The notes: generated from the letters alone by a model not told the origin. A stretch of DNA of 64,000 nucleotides from Glycera tridactyla (GCA_965644265.1 OZ286459.1:116312001-116376000); one strand, 5' to 3'; counted from the stretch's first letter, positions 38,777 to 51,800 are shown. Numbers and translations are program-made.

Positions 38777-41700
38777 GCCTTCTCTGAAAGTAATATATCC
38801 ATGAAATCTTTGCTGTTTTCGAGTGTGTATGAATAGGACTTCTCCCAACAATTATAGCCCATTTGTGTACTTTTGCCTGGATCTGGCTAGCATATACATC
38901 TCATGTAGTCCATATACGATATGTATATTACCGATTAGGGTTAGGACAATTGTAGGCCCCAGATAGATCTGAGGCCATACCACGAATTTTACTCACCAGA
39001 GCTGCCAGGGTCTCCGCGTTCACCCTTTGCACCCTGCGGTCCAGTTGGACCTAGCGGACCAGTTGGACCAGCAGGTCCCATTTCACCAGATATACCATCC
39101 GTTCCTGGTGGACCTCGCTGGCCTGTAGGCCCTGTCGGTCCACTGGGACCTGGCGAGCCATCTGGTCCAGGGGGTCCAGATTCTCCTCTCTCACCACGAG
39201 GTCCTGATTGGCCGCTTGGTCCTGAAACAATGATGTACCAATCGACATAAATACTGATTCCTAGTCTAATAGTATACATTGTATTTGGAAATTGTATGCA
39301 TAAACATGTATGTACATACATATGTATGATTGTATGCATCTATGTGTGTGAGTCCGAAACTGTCTGAGGCCATACCACCTGGTATCAAAATTCAAAATCA
39401 GTGTCATTTAACAAGTTGATATTCTGTGGATTTCTTAGTGTCCTTGGGATAAGAGATCTATAGCATCGATGATCGGAGGGGGGGTAGGAAAGTAACAAAA
39501 AGACGTTGCCTGCTTTCTCACTTTGTACCTGAGTGAGGTCGACTTACCTGTAGGGCCTGCTGATCCGATCTCTCCTGGTGGACCGGCAGATCCAGATGGA
39601 CCTGAGGGTCCCATTGGGCCGGCCTGTCCAGTTGGGCCACGGTTTCCAGCAGGTCCTGTGGGGCCTGTGGGGCCTGAGGGTCCGGAATCTCCTCGATCAC
39701 CTTTTTGTCCTGAAGGTCCAGGAGGCCCATCTGGCCCCACACCACCTGGTGGTCCAGATTCTCCCGTGGGTCCGGACGGTCCAGACTCGCCAATTTGCCC
39801 TGTAGGCCCAGTAGGGCCTGAAGGTCCCATTGGCCCAGCTGGTCCTCTTGGTCCCGATGGCCCGGATGGTCCAAGGGGGCCTGATGGTCCAGTCTCACCT
39901 CTTGAGCCTGTTGGCCCTCTTGGCCCTGATTCACCTTGTGTTCCTTTGGGACCAGGTGGACCCTGGCCACCAATTTCCCCAGTCGCTCCCACCTGGCCAG
40001 ATGGTCCAGTTGGACCTAGTGGTCCAGCAGAACCACTTGGACCTTCTGGTCCTGGGGGTCCTTTTGGTCCGCTTGGACCTCTTGGTCCGGTTGGCCCAGA
40101 ATCACCTGGTCCACCTGATGGCCCTGATGGTCCAGATGGTCCTCGTTGTCCTGTGGGTCCGGTAGGACCTGGTGGTCCAATCTCACCAGCACCGCCGGGA
40201 GGACCTGAGGGCCCAGATGGTCCGGCATCACCACGTGGTCCAGTAGGTCCTAGGGGGCCCAATGCACCTGTAAATCGATCACAACGCATAATGTGAAAGG
40301 AAGCGATTAAACTGATAGTCATTGACAGATCATTTGATCTGCCTTTTGGACATGGGATTTTGCATGAATATCGAGAAACGTATGCAGTAATTATTAAAAT
40401 GCCGAATCGACTAATGGAGAAATGGTCCGTCAATTGAGCAATGCACAAAATCTTATTCCAATTATCTTTCATGTGTACCTCATTATTCTGCTATCCACAT
40501 TGAACTTCACCTTCTTTGATTTTGAAATGTTAAACATGTATAAATTTGGAGATCATTATACAGTATCATTGCATTCAGTAGAGGAGACATTTTAGCAATT
40601 CTTCTTGTTTGTTTAGACTTGATACCAACCTGTAGGTCCTGAAGGTCCCGGAGATCCTGATGGTCCAGTTTCACCGCGTTCTCCTCTTTGACCAGTTGGA
40701 CCAGGCCCACCCTGGGGCCCTCTTTCTCCGGTTGGGCCTGAGGGTCCTGTGGGTCCGAGAGGTCCAGTTTCACCGGGAGGTCCACTGGGTCCAGCATCGC
40801 CAGTCTCACCACGTGGACCCAATGGTCCTGCAGGTCCAAGTCCTCCTGGTGGTCCACCAACACCGGGAGAACCCCCTGGTCCAATGGGACCAGTGGGACC
40901 AGAAGGTCCTGGTGGTCCATCTTGCCCAGTTGGACCTGGTGGTCCTCTTTCTCCTCGAGGTCCAGTTGGGCCCGAAGGTCCTAATGGCCCTGTCTCTCCT
41001 ACTTCTCCCTGTGCTCCAGTCTCACCTCGAGGTCCAGATGAACCGGTTGGTCCACTTTCACCCAAAGGACCTGAAACATCGGAAATCAATCCATTCAATT
41101 CAGTTTCAATATCGTATTTCACATTCATCTTACTCTATCAAAAAGCAGATGATATGAATCTTCACAAAGGAAAAAAGTGACTCACCCTTTGGTCCTGAGC
41201 CACCAGCTGGTCCAGTAGGTCCTGCTGGTCCCCTTGGTCCAGTTGGCCCTGGTGGTCCAATTGATCCATCTGGTCCTGCAGGACCCATCTCTCCTCCTTC
41301 GCCTCGGGGTCCAGATGGTCCAGATGGCCCAAGGGGGCCTTGTTGTCCAGGGTCTCCAGGTTCACCCTTGGCACCTGTTGGACCAGTGGGTCCGCTTGGT
41401 CCAGATGGTCCAAGATTCCCAGTTGGTCCTGCTTCACCTTGTTCACCACGCTCTCCTGTCTCACCCTTTGGTCCTGCAAATCAAAAATCCGGAATCGGAA
41501 TTCAATTCTTTCGTGATTTCCGATTATTGCCATCCAGGGAAAATAGAAAGGCGGTATACGATCATGAAGACGTCAGCTTTCTTTCCACATCACAAACAAC
41601 TACGAGATTTGGCCTCAACGTGCAACCAGTTTCCAACATACACCCAGCTTTTCATATCTTCACCATTTATCCAACTTGTACAGTACTCATTCTCATGGCT

Positions 41701-42791
41701 AAATGTCAGCAGTTGGAGTTGGTCGTGCCGATAGATTTACCCACATGGGCGAGATCACTGTGAGAGTGATTTTTCAGCGAGATGGCTGGGTGAATATGCC
41801 TAACATCCAGGGCGTGAAATCAAACATGAGCAGGGCTATGGGGCCCACAATCTCTCGACATAAATCTTTCAATGCGACAAGGTTTGACAACGTTGGCATC
41901 AGTGCCAGGACTGTCACAGACAGTCATCAAAAATGTCAACTTCAAAATGTGATATCTTGGCCATGCTACGGGAAATGTATGTTATTTCAGCTAAGATCTG
42001 GAGTCTTTGATAAGGCCTTCTCATTGATATTTGTAAAGTATTTTCGGGAATGTCTGGCGATCGGTAGGTATACTGCGGTGCTTTCTGTTGCCCTGCCATT
42101 GGCTGCTGACGTCTTTCTCGCGATGAGAAATGGTTATGGGGCCAGGCTTTGTCTGAAGTGAACAGAGGGAAATCATATATCACTTTGAGTAACCTGAAAA
42201 TGTCCATTTTCATAAACTTCACTGTATTCTGTTAGCTATACTGATGTATATTTTGCCAATATACTGAAGCAATTCACAAAGTTGTTCTAGGGGTAGGAAG
42301 GGGGCTCTGTTTCAAAGTAATAATTACTGGGGGTTGTTCAAGCGACCTCACTCCCTTGAATTGAAGATTTACTTAGAGATCATTGCCAAATAATAGTCAC
42401 TGTACCTGTGGGTCCTACTGGTCCAGTCTCTCCCACAGACCCTGCGGGTCCTGCTGGTCCCGAAGGCCCAGCTATTCCACGTGGTCCAGAAGGTCCTGTC
42501 GGACCGAGTGGTCCAGTCTCTCCGGGTTCTCCAGGTGGGCCTGAAGGACCGCTGGGTCCAGAGGGTCCTGGGGGTCCAAGTTGACCTGGAACAAACAGTC
42601 GAAAACATTGAGGAATGAATACATAGATGTTTATAATCGATGAGGTACGGTAATTTTGATTGTCGCTCGCCAAGGCACTGGTCCTAGTTATTTGAGACAT
42701 AACCATCAAGTAAATCTTGGACCAAAGTGATTCAACGATCGATGGATTCTGAGCTACACACACCATACACACACATGTTTAAACACAAACA

Positions 42792-42865
<74 letters not shown>

Positions 42866-45800
42866 GAAGTAACACTCACTTGTTAAGCAGCACAATCTAG
42901 GCAGAAGCCCCCTGCTTTCAGCACTTAATTACAACCATATCTGTGGTAGGCAAGTCATCGACTATGCCGTTTGCATATCCCATGGTCTACGAGATCTCCA
43001 AACTTGACACTGAGAACCCAATATTTGACCAGTCACCCAACTTACCCGGCATCGACGCATAGCAAACTATTAGAAACGACCTTCAGAAACGAATTCAATT
43101 CAAAATCCAATGATCTCACCTGACTCTCCCTTCGCGCCAGTGGATCCAGTGGGTCCTGATGGTCCCCTATTTCCAGTTGGTCCTCTTGGGCCAGTCGGTC
43201 CAGATTCGCCTGCTGGTCCCTGCTCTCCCGTTTCTCCGCGTTGTCCAGTTGGTCCTGACGGTCCAAGTGGTCCTAAAACAAACAGCCAGCGTAGTCATTA
43301 GATTTATACAATATTCATATAAGTGGATTCACCAGGTGGGGTTCCAGAGATCCGGGATGCGAGATCCGAAAAAAAATTGCGAAATGAAGAGTATGGATTT
43401 TGTAATAAGACATATTCGGCTTTGGCAATATCTTCAAATAAAACCACTGTTATGGCCACAAGATTAGAGTTTTCCTGGACAGTGCTGGATATTTTTCATC
43501 TTCAGTTATATGCAATATTTCTGGTATTTTTGTTTTGTGAATATGGTCACCACTAAAACATCAATATGCAACTACTGAGAGGGTCTTTAAAGGGGCAAGT
43601 TTTGACGAGTCAACTATTTTTGGACCCTGATATATTGGTGATGAGATCCCTTATATGATTCCATCTTGCATATCACGCTTAGATTCGTAACAATTGCGAG
43701 ATGATGAATTTGACTATTATATAGGCGGTGATATATCAGGTAAAGGACCTCGTTTTGGTATGTACAGTCGAACCTCCCCTAAAGACCACCTCTCTATAAA
43801 GACCACCTCCCTACAAAGACCGCTTTTTTGCGACCGACGGGTTTTTTATAGGGAGGTTTGACTGTACCTCTTGATGCACATTCATTGTAACACCCCTCCA
43901 CCCACCCTCTCTCTCTCTCTCTACATGTACATGTATGTATATGCTGACCTGCCCTCCTGCTGGTTAATACAGCAAGAATACAGCAAAATTCAAACCGAGT
44001 TTGGTATCGCATTTTTATTTCACGGCCATGCATTCTTGCTTTCATCGCATGGATTAGGAAAGAAATTATCAAAACTAGTTCTCAGCCAGCTTTGAAGTAT
44101 CCCACGCTATATCACATGTGATATTGATTCATATACATGGTGATTGGGCCATTCAGCAAATGCCTGCCATGTGTCTCGTGCTATCATCATTTTGCAGCCC
44201 GTGCCATTAATCATTAACAAATATTTATTCTCCAAACCAATCCAATTCAATCTGACATCAACATGACATTGTTATCGCTACTTAAATAGATAGGTAAGGT
44301 CCTTACCCAGTCCTCCGGTCCCACCGAGAGGTCCAGCTGGTCCACGTGGTCCTGCGGGTCCAGTAGGACCCGGTGGTCCATCTTGTCCAGGTGGTCCAGT
44401 TTCTCCTCTTTCTCCTGGTGGTCCGCTTGATCCTGGGGGCCCTCCAAATCCTGGTACACCTTCATCTCCAGCAGGGCCATCGGGCCCAGCTGGTCCAAGT
44501 GGTCCTGTGGGGCCAGATGGACCAGATTCTCCTTCTGGACCTGGTGGTCCAGTTGGTCCACTTTCACCTCTTGGTCCTGGCGGACCAATTGATCCAGGTG
44601 GGCCTCCGGGTCCAGATTCTCCGGCAGTTCCTTTTGGCCCAGCTGGGCCTCGTGGTCCAAGAGGCCCTCCTGGTCCGAGTGGTCCACTCTCACCTGGAGG
44701 CCCAGTTTCTCCCCGTTGTCCACTTGGTCCTGAAGATCCTGGTGGACCAACCTCACCAGTTGGTCCTGATGGTCCTGATGGTCCAGGAGATCCTGGTGGT
44801 CCTAATGATCCATCCGGTCCAACAGGTCCACCTGGTCCTGCCTCCCCTCTTGGTCCAAGTGGACCAGTAGGGCCTAGCGGACCAATTGGTCCTGGTCCTC
44901 CCGTTGAACCTGTAGCTCCTGTTTCTCCTCGAGGTCCCGATGGCCCGAACGGTCCTAATGGGCCAGCAGGTCCAATAGCCCCAGTTGGTCCTTGTGGGCC
45001 AGTGGGTCCTCTGGGTCCAATTGGACCCAGTGGACCTACGGGTCCTTCGTCTCCTAATGGCCCAGTAGCTCCTGTTGCTCCCCGTGGGCCTATGGGACCT
45101 CGTGGCCCATCTGATCCTGCGGGACCTTCGGGTCCTTGTTCTCCTTCAGGTGCAGCTGGCCCAGTCGGACCAGGGGGCCCCACTGGGCCTGGTGGTCCGG
45201 CAGGTCCTGATTCGCCCCTGTCTCCAGAGATTCCTGAGGGTCCTGAGGGTCCTGCTGGACCAGTCGAACCAACAGAACCAACGGGGCCAGGATTTCCTGG
45301 AGGCCCTCTACTACCGGGTGATCCAAGGGAACCAGGAGATCCTGGGGGGCCCATATTTCCGGGTGGTCCTACAAAAAACACCATATGAGTGAGCGATAGA
45401 TACACAAGAACATACATCAAACATACCGGATGTGCTGGATTTGTTGTGGATGTATCGTAAGCGATTCTCCATACATGTGGTAGCCATCTTGCTTTACCTT
45501 GAGAGTATTTCTTTCATAATATGGCCTTCATGATCTTCATTTACGAAATAATGATGTTGTGCCAATTATAGTCATAGGCGCCAAAAGTGTGTCTTTTCGA
45601 ATCTTTTATCGCCGGAAGGAATGAAGCATTTTGATGACAGGAATCGGTCTGTAGTGTCAGTCTCCGAATATTTCAAAGATTGGCGAACCTTACATTAAAC
45701 GAGGCACCAGCATATAACCATCTACGAATTATCAATACACCTTTCGGATAAAAAGACACAATCCTACCATGTGGGTACCCGAGAAAGAACTTCTCCGTCT

Positions 45801-48800
45801 TTGCAGTATATAAATGTTCGAATAGTAGTTATCTTTGTTTCAGTTTCTCAAAACTAGGAGATTTGTACAAATTGAGATACATATATTGGGGTTATTCTGA
45901 TAGATTTGATGATAAGTGATCAATATGCATCATCGTAAACCAAACATGAGGAAAACTATTTGAACAGCATAAATGGAATGATCTTTTGATATAATCCAAA
46001 AGGCAGAATGTATGATACTAAACGGACTGTGAGTATTAGAACAGGCTGATTTAATATCATCATGAGTACTCGATATGGATGCTTTCAATTATGTTGGTGT
46101 GAGGTAACCATATTCCCTGCTCTTTTCATTCTCATATTCTGGAAGATAACTCCAGTGTGGAGACTGTCATGTTGGTTTCATCTCTGTAAGTTTGGTTCCC
46201 CCCCCCATACATAGGCACGAACTTGTTATTTCTCAATATTGGTGAAAAAAATCGCCAAAAAAACATGTCTCTGAGTTTATCGGACACCAGCATTATGAGA
46301 TAGATCTGTTACCATCATCATTTGGATGTTTATCCAATAGCTGAGGCAATACGGTGTAAATTCAAGGGATTCGTGAAATGGGACAATTCTCGTTCAGCCA
46401 GATCTTGCCACTGGATCACATGATCACAAGATAGAATATCATGCAGTGATACATCGATGTACTTCCATCAAAGTTCGCCCACAAAATTCTAAAAAATTGC
46501 TCTAAACTACCACTTAGCAGCAGAGGTCAGAACTAGCAGTGTGCAAACAATCCCCAAGGTGGCTGCCAGTGTTCGCATGTGTTATGGCGCAGCCCCATGA
46601 GTTATGGTGCTCCTCATGTGCAAGCAATGAACCCTTCATAGCGGGCACACTAATATTGCATCGCCATATATCAAATGGATATCTGTTCTTGTTAAATTTG
46701 AAAGCTGATTCATCCCTGGGAGCCAAAACCAGGGCGGATAGCTTGGGGGGGGGATACATATTCACTACAGAGTAAAAATGCCATCTACCTGGTGGTCCTC
46801 GGTTCCCTTGACTACCTGGCGGTCCACCAGGTCCTGAAGGACCGGTCACACCAGTTGCCCCTGTCGCTCCTACATTTTGTCCTGCAATCCAACATAAAAA
46901 TGAAATGCAGAATTCGAAATGGTCATGTAGATTCTGAATCGGAGCACACTAAAAGTGGCAACATCAATGATAAATATCATGAATATCACGGGAATTATCT
47001 ATAACTATCAGATGAATGGCACAATGTCTTAGCATGTGTGATGCTTGCAGGTAGATCACACAAACTTTGGTAGTGATGCTCCACAGGTAATTCTTGGGAG
47101 AGACGGCTTTCGTGATAGAATGGATACTCACCAGGAAAGTCCATATCGGAGGGCTTTGAAAACGTCCAATGTGTTAGTGATCATTCTGCCTGAGCCAGAT
47201 TTGTTGTTAGGTTCTAATACCAAGCTGCTATACAATACGACACCCTTGAGTGAGTAATGATATCATATAACAAAGGTAAGACCCACATAAACAAGGAAAT
47301 GAGACACATATACACAAATGTTCTCATCAGTACGGAACCCCATATATATATATATATATTCGATTAAATAAATGAATAGATGAATGAAGTCGTTTCACTT
47401 TTCCACGTCCACACACACATACACAAATAAACACACACACAAACACACAAACACACTCACACACACACATTAAAACGAAGTTTTTGGTTTCGAGTAAAAA
47501 AAGATTATGAATGGCAACTAATATAGTGAGAAGAGTGGAAAATAAACAGGTTTTCAGTTGCCAGTAGATCATAAAAGCATAATTACTGAACTGGTAGCCT
47601 GGGAAGAAGTGCAAGAGGTGCAGAGTAGATAATCGCCGAGAAGCACCAGAATGTTCATTAAGGCATGACTGATAACTTATACAGAATAATAACTGATATG
47701 CTAAGAAGAGCCAGTTATCAGCTGGCGATGAAAAATCACCGAAACATAGTAACTTAAGAGTCAGACATCAACCAGTTCTCAGTTGCCCGTGAGAGTTCAT
47801 GAAAGTGAAATAAGTATCTCAAAAAGACGAGCCAAAATGATCAAGAATTCAGTCGCCAGCGAGAGACCATAAGCGCGAACCAACTATCTAAGTATCGGAA
47901 TTGAGCAAGCGTTCAGTCGCCAGCAAACGATCACGCAAGCAAGGGCGAGAGTGTGTGTTGAGGAACACAAGGATGCGTCTTCATGCAGGATGCAGAGAAA
48001 TACCGCAGCTGAGCAGCAGGCAAGGTTGTAGTTGCAGGCTCGATTCATGATTTCACCCCAATCCTTCATCAACGCCCAATCAGATAAGATTCATCTAGTA
48101 GGCAGAGAACAGCGGGCAGATCCTCGGGGATGCCACCATAGAGGACATTGATCCTACAGAAAAGGCGATGAGAGTAATTGCAGTCAAGGTTCTATGAGAG
48201 ATTGGGATAGAATGGCTGACTACTTCACTTCCTTCTTCTGTCACACACATCATGGTTTGTCCTGTAGTCATGTATACTTTGTCTAGACTGTAGGTTTCCA
48301 CTAAGATCCTGAAAATACCTATGTATCGAATGCCGGTGATGTTTTCGAATCATATCTGCCAATCATTTTCCATTGAAATGAGTTTGTGCTGTGGTACAAT
48401 TTCCCAATTGCTCTGTTATGAATGGGAAGTGCCTGAATAGAACAGGTATACTTCTAAAGCAGCCAATTGGTGCTTTGATCCCATTTACCTGAGGCAGATA
48501 GACCAGCTAGTTTNNNNNNNNNNNNNNNNNNNNNNNNNNNNNNNNNNNNNNNNNNNNNNNNNNNNNNNNNNNNNNNNNNNNNNNNNNNNNNNNNNNNNNN
48601 NNNNNNNNNNNNNNNNNNNNNNNNNNNNNNNNNNNNNNNNNNNNNNNNNNNNNNNNNNNNNNNNNNNNNNNNNNNNNNNNNNNNNNNNNNNNNNNNNNNN
48701 NNNNNNNNNNNNNNNNNNNNNNNNNNNNNNNNNNNNNNNNNNNNNNNNNNNNNNNNNNNNNNNNNNNNNNNNNNNNNNNNNNNNNNNNNNNNNNNNNNNN

Positions 48801-51800
48801 NNNNNNNNNNNNNNNNNNNNNNNNNNNNNNNNNNNNNNNNNNNNNNNNNNNNNNNNNNNNNNNNNNNNNNNNTGTGTGACAGAAAAGGATCGTGGTCGAG
48901 AGAAGAATACTGGCGGTCCGGGTTCCTACCAGGGCCAGGGCCAGGACCTGTCGTCGTGCCACATGCAGAGTCAATCAGACGCTCCACTTCCCTGTGCAGG
49001 TCTTCGAAATCCTGCGCTTGGATCACCAATGATGGATCACTGGCAATAGACAGCAGCTCGGAACGGTCAACATTTGACGTCACGCCAACAGCGAGAACGG
49101 TGGCTTCCTGTTGAAGAAGGGCCGCCTCGTCACCCGTGCGGTGTCTATCGATGTTGGAGTTTCCGTCAGTGATGACGATGGCCAGATTGAAGACGTTCGG
49201 ACGGTCGCCATTGTAGTAGTTGAAGATGGTTTCACGTAACTCACGTAAGCCGTCAGCTGTGTTCGTCATCCCGCCAGTTAATGTCATATCGGAGATGGCC
49301 TGTAGCAGATCGTATTCATCAAAGTAGCGGTCCAAGTCCCACTGCCATTCGGCATAGTTGGCAAATTTCACCATGCCAACACGGACACGGGTCCGGCCAA
49401 TCGGCAGGTATTTAACAATCTCCATGATGAAATCCAAGACAAGTGCCCAGTTCTCGTTACCCTGTTCCCTGATGCTACTTGAGTCATCCACCAGGAATCC
49501 CAGGTCCAATACATCCCAGCAATCTGTAAGAGGAGAACACTGTGAATTTGTGAAAAATAGCATACCAATGCCGAATTGGGTGAAATTAGGCAACTGCATG
49601 CAATATGATGCCTGATATTCCTTGGCTGAAAGTGCAAATGATTGAAATTGTGGGACAAAAGACCCAAGATAATATGCACAAGGTGTGAGTGATGGTTGAT
49701 GTTTCTGCAACCCAAGTAGGCTTATTTGTGACAAAAGGAATTTTGAAACATTGACTAGATGAAAAGTATTGTCTACAGTGGTGAGCAAGGCTCCCTGCTC
49801 GGATGGGTGACTGATATGGACAAGTTTCCCGACCAAATACCAGATCTTCACCATTACACAGATCTGTGTTGAGGTAAGGCAGGACTCCTATACTCTACAA
49901 CTTCACATCTCCCATTTGTGAATTGGTACTTGAATAGAAGCTGGGATGGCAATGTAGAGTTCTCATTCCATGCAATTACATCTGAATAGGTCTGCTGACG
50001 ACGGATGCAAATACGTCGAATGTGACGAAGCATGATATTGCTGTATTGCATGACTACGATTCTTTTCATGAGAGGCTGGGATACCATAGGCTCGAGAATA
50101 GAGCACTGATATGACAGAAATTAGGTGAGCACAGATGGAGCAACAATTTGCGCTGGGGGTCGTGATAAAGAATAGGCATCAAATTGGGATAGCACCCGAG
50201 GGTATCTACAATAATTCTGTCGATATTTGCAACTTATATCTAAATTCTTGTAGCATGTTGAGTATAACAAGAAAACAACAAGATCATGGTTTGAAAATAA
50301 CAAGATCATGTCATCCCATATAGTAGTGTTGTCTGAGGCTATTTCAAGGATAGCTCTGCAATCCAAAATTTGGTGATTTCATCTGATATACACGGACACA
50401 AACAACTCACCTGTCTTATGCACAGGACAAATGCCATCTAGTGCCAAGTCGATGAAACTGGGATTTCGGTCAAGGTCACTCCATTGTCCGACGATGATTG
50501 GCGGAGGCGTCGAACCATCAACATTGGGCAAAATTTGCGTATTAGCGCCATTAACGGCGACGTTAATGTACCAATCGACGACGTCATCACGTAACAACTG
50601 TGTGGCTTTATTAGCGATGGTCTGTGTCGGGTATTGTGAGTACGTAGTGTCGGTAATCATGACGACGACCTTCCGAGCATACGGTCGGTAGGCAATGTTG
50701 GTGGTAAAGGCGGTCTCGAGACTATCGAGGCATTTCATCGGATCGCCATCTCCCGGCGTGATCCTCAACTGCAGAGCCGCTTGCACCGCCGCCTCGCGGT
50801 CATTCGGGTAATCATCAAAATACCAGCGGACCGTCTCGGAGTTGTAGTCGATGGCGGAGGTCCAGATGAAATTCTCCGTCGGGTGGATGTTCAACCTGTC
50901 TATAACGGCTGCCAGATAACCCTGGGCGTAGGGTATATAATAGGAATACTGGGCCGATACACAGAAGGCAACGTCGATAATCTCGTAGCACCCATCTTCC
51001 ACGTCAGCTCCTAGTTTAATTCACAGATCAATGTGGCATCAAGCAATTCATCATTTTCATTGAAGAGAAGTGAGAAATTGTATGGGGAGTTCCGGTATCT
51101 GTATTGGATTGATGTCGCAAAATACCCTTGTTATATCATAGAAATCGACACACCGGAGATTGATGACTGAATTTCTAATGCAATACATGTATTGAGGCAA
51201 ATGGCGTCCAGAAAATGTCGACGCTGAAACCTCCTGAGACATTCAAGGTAGAATTAGTGTTTGTCTTTGTTGTTGCTGAAATCGTCAACGTCGTCTTTTT
51301 TGTAGTTGTTGTGATTCTGTTTTTGTGGTGATTGTGGTTTTGTGGTGGTTGTCGTCATCATTGTTGTTGAGTGGTCACTGTGGTTGTTTTATTTTTTATG
51401 GTTGTCGTTGTTGTTGTTGGTGTTGTTGTTGTTGTTGTCATTGTTGTAGTGGTGGTGGTATTGGTGGTGGTGCCGGNNNNNNNNNNNNNNNNNNNNNNNN
51501 NNNNNNNNNNNNNNNNNNNNNNNNNNNNNNNNNNNNNNNNNNNNNNNNNNNNNNNNNNNNNNNNNNNNNNNNNNNNNNNNNNNNNNNNNNNNNNNNNNNN
51601 NNNNNNNNNNNNNNNNNNNNNNNNNNNNNNNNNNNNNNNNNNNNNNNNNNNNNNNNNGATCACTATTGTCGTTGTCGTCATTGCCATTCCCAGAATTGAA
51701 AAATCGGTTCTGGATTCTCGCCCTGATCCTCCAAGAAATCACGTTTTCAAATGCATGGGAGCGCATGAGGGATACGCGAGTGAGGAACAACAGAAAGACA

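Noticed and set aside
9075-40267. About twenty RGD tripeptides
   Set aside because: Expected by-product of frequent GxR-G(E/D)x pairs, and RGD is normally cryptic in a triple helix.
41703-42161. 152-aa plus-strand ORF in an intron
   Set aside because: No domain-like motifs or splice context; likely chance.
399-44756. Off-frame ORFs reading DLQDHQ... or VLLVQ...
   Set aside because: Alternative frames of the Gly-X-Y codon pattern.
86-45388. Many plus-strand Pro/Gly-rich ORFs (e.g. 554-1150, 39523-40296, 44507-45388)
   Set aside because: Antisense shadows of Gly codons. They coincide with the minus-strand exons, and the splice signals are on the minus strand.
135-46881. Classification as fibrillar collagen or collagen VI/VII/XII
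   Set aside because: The helix is about five times fibrillar length, exons are not 54-nt phase-0 units, and there are no FN3 repeats or C-terminal vWA/COLFI domains in the window. No gene symbol was assigned.
135-46881. Regular short repeats resembling a CRISPR or satellite array
   Set aside because: Coding 9-nt collagen periodicity; no repeat-spacer structure and no cas genes.
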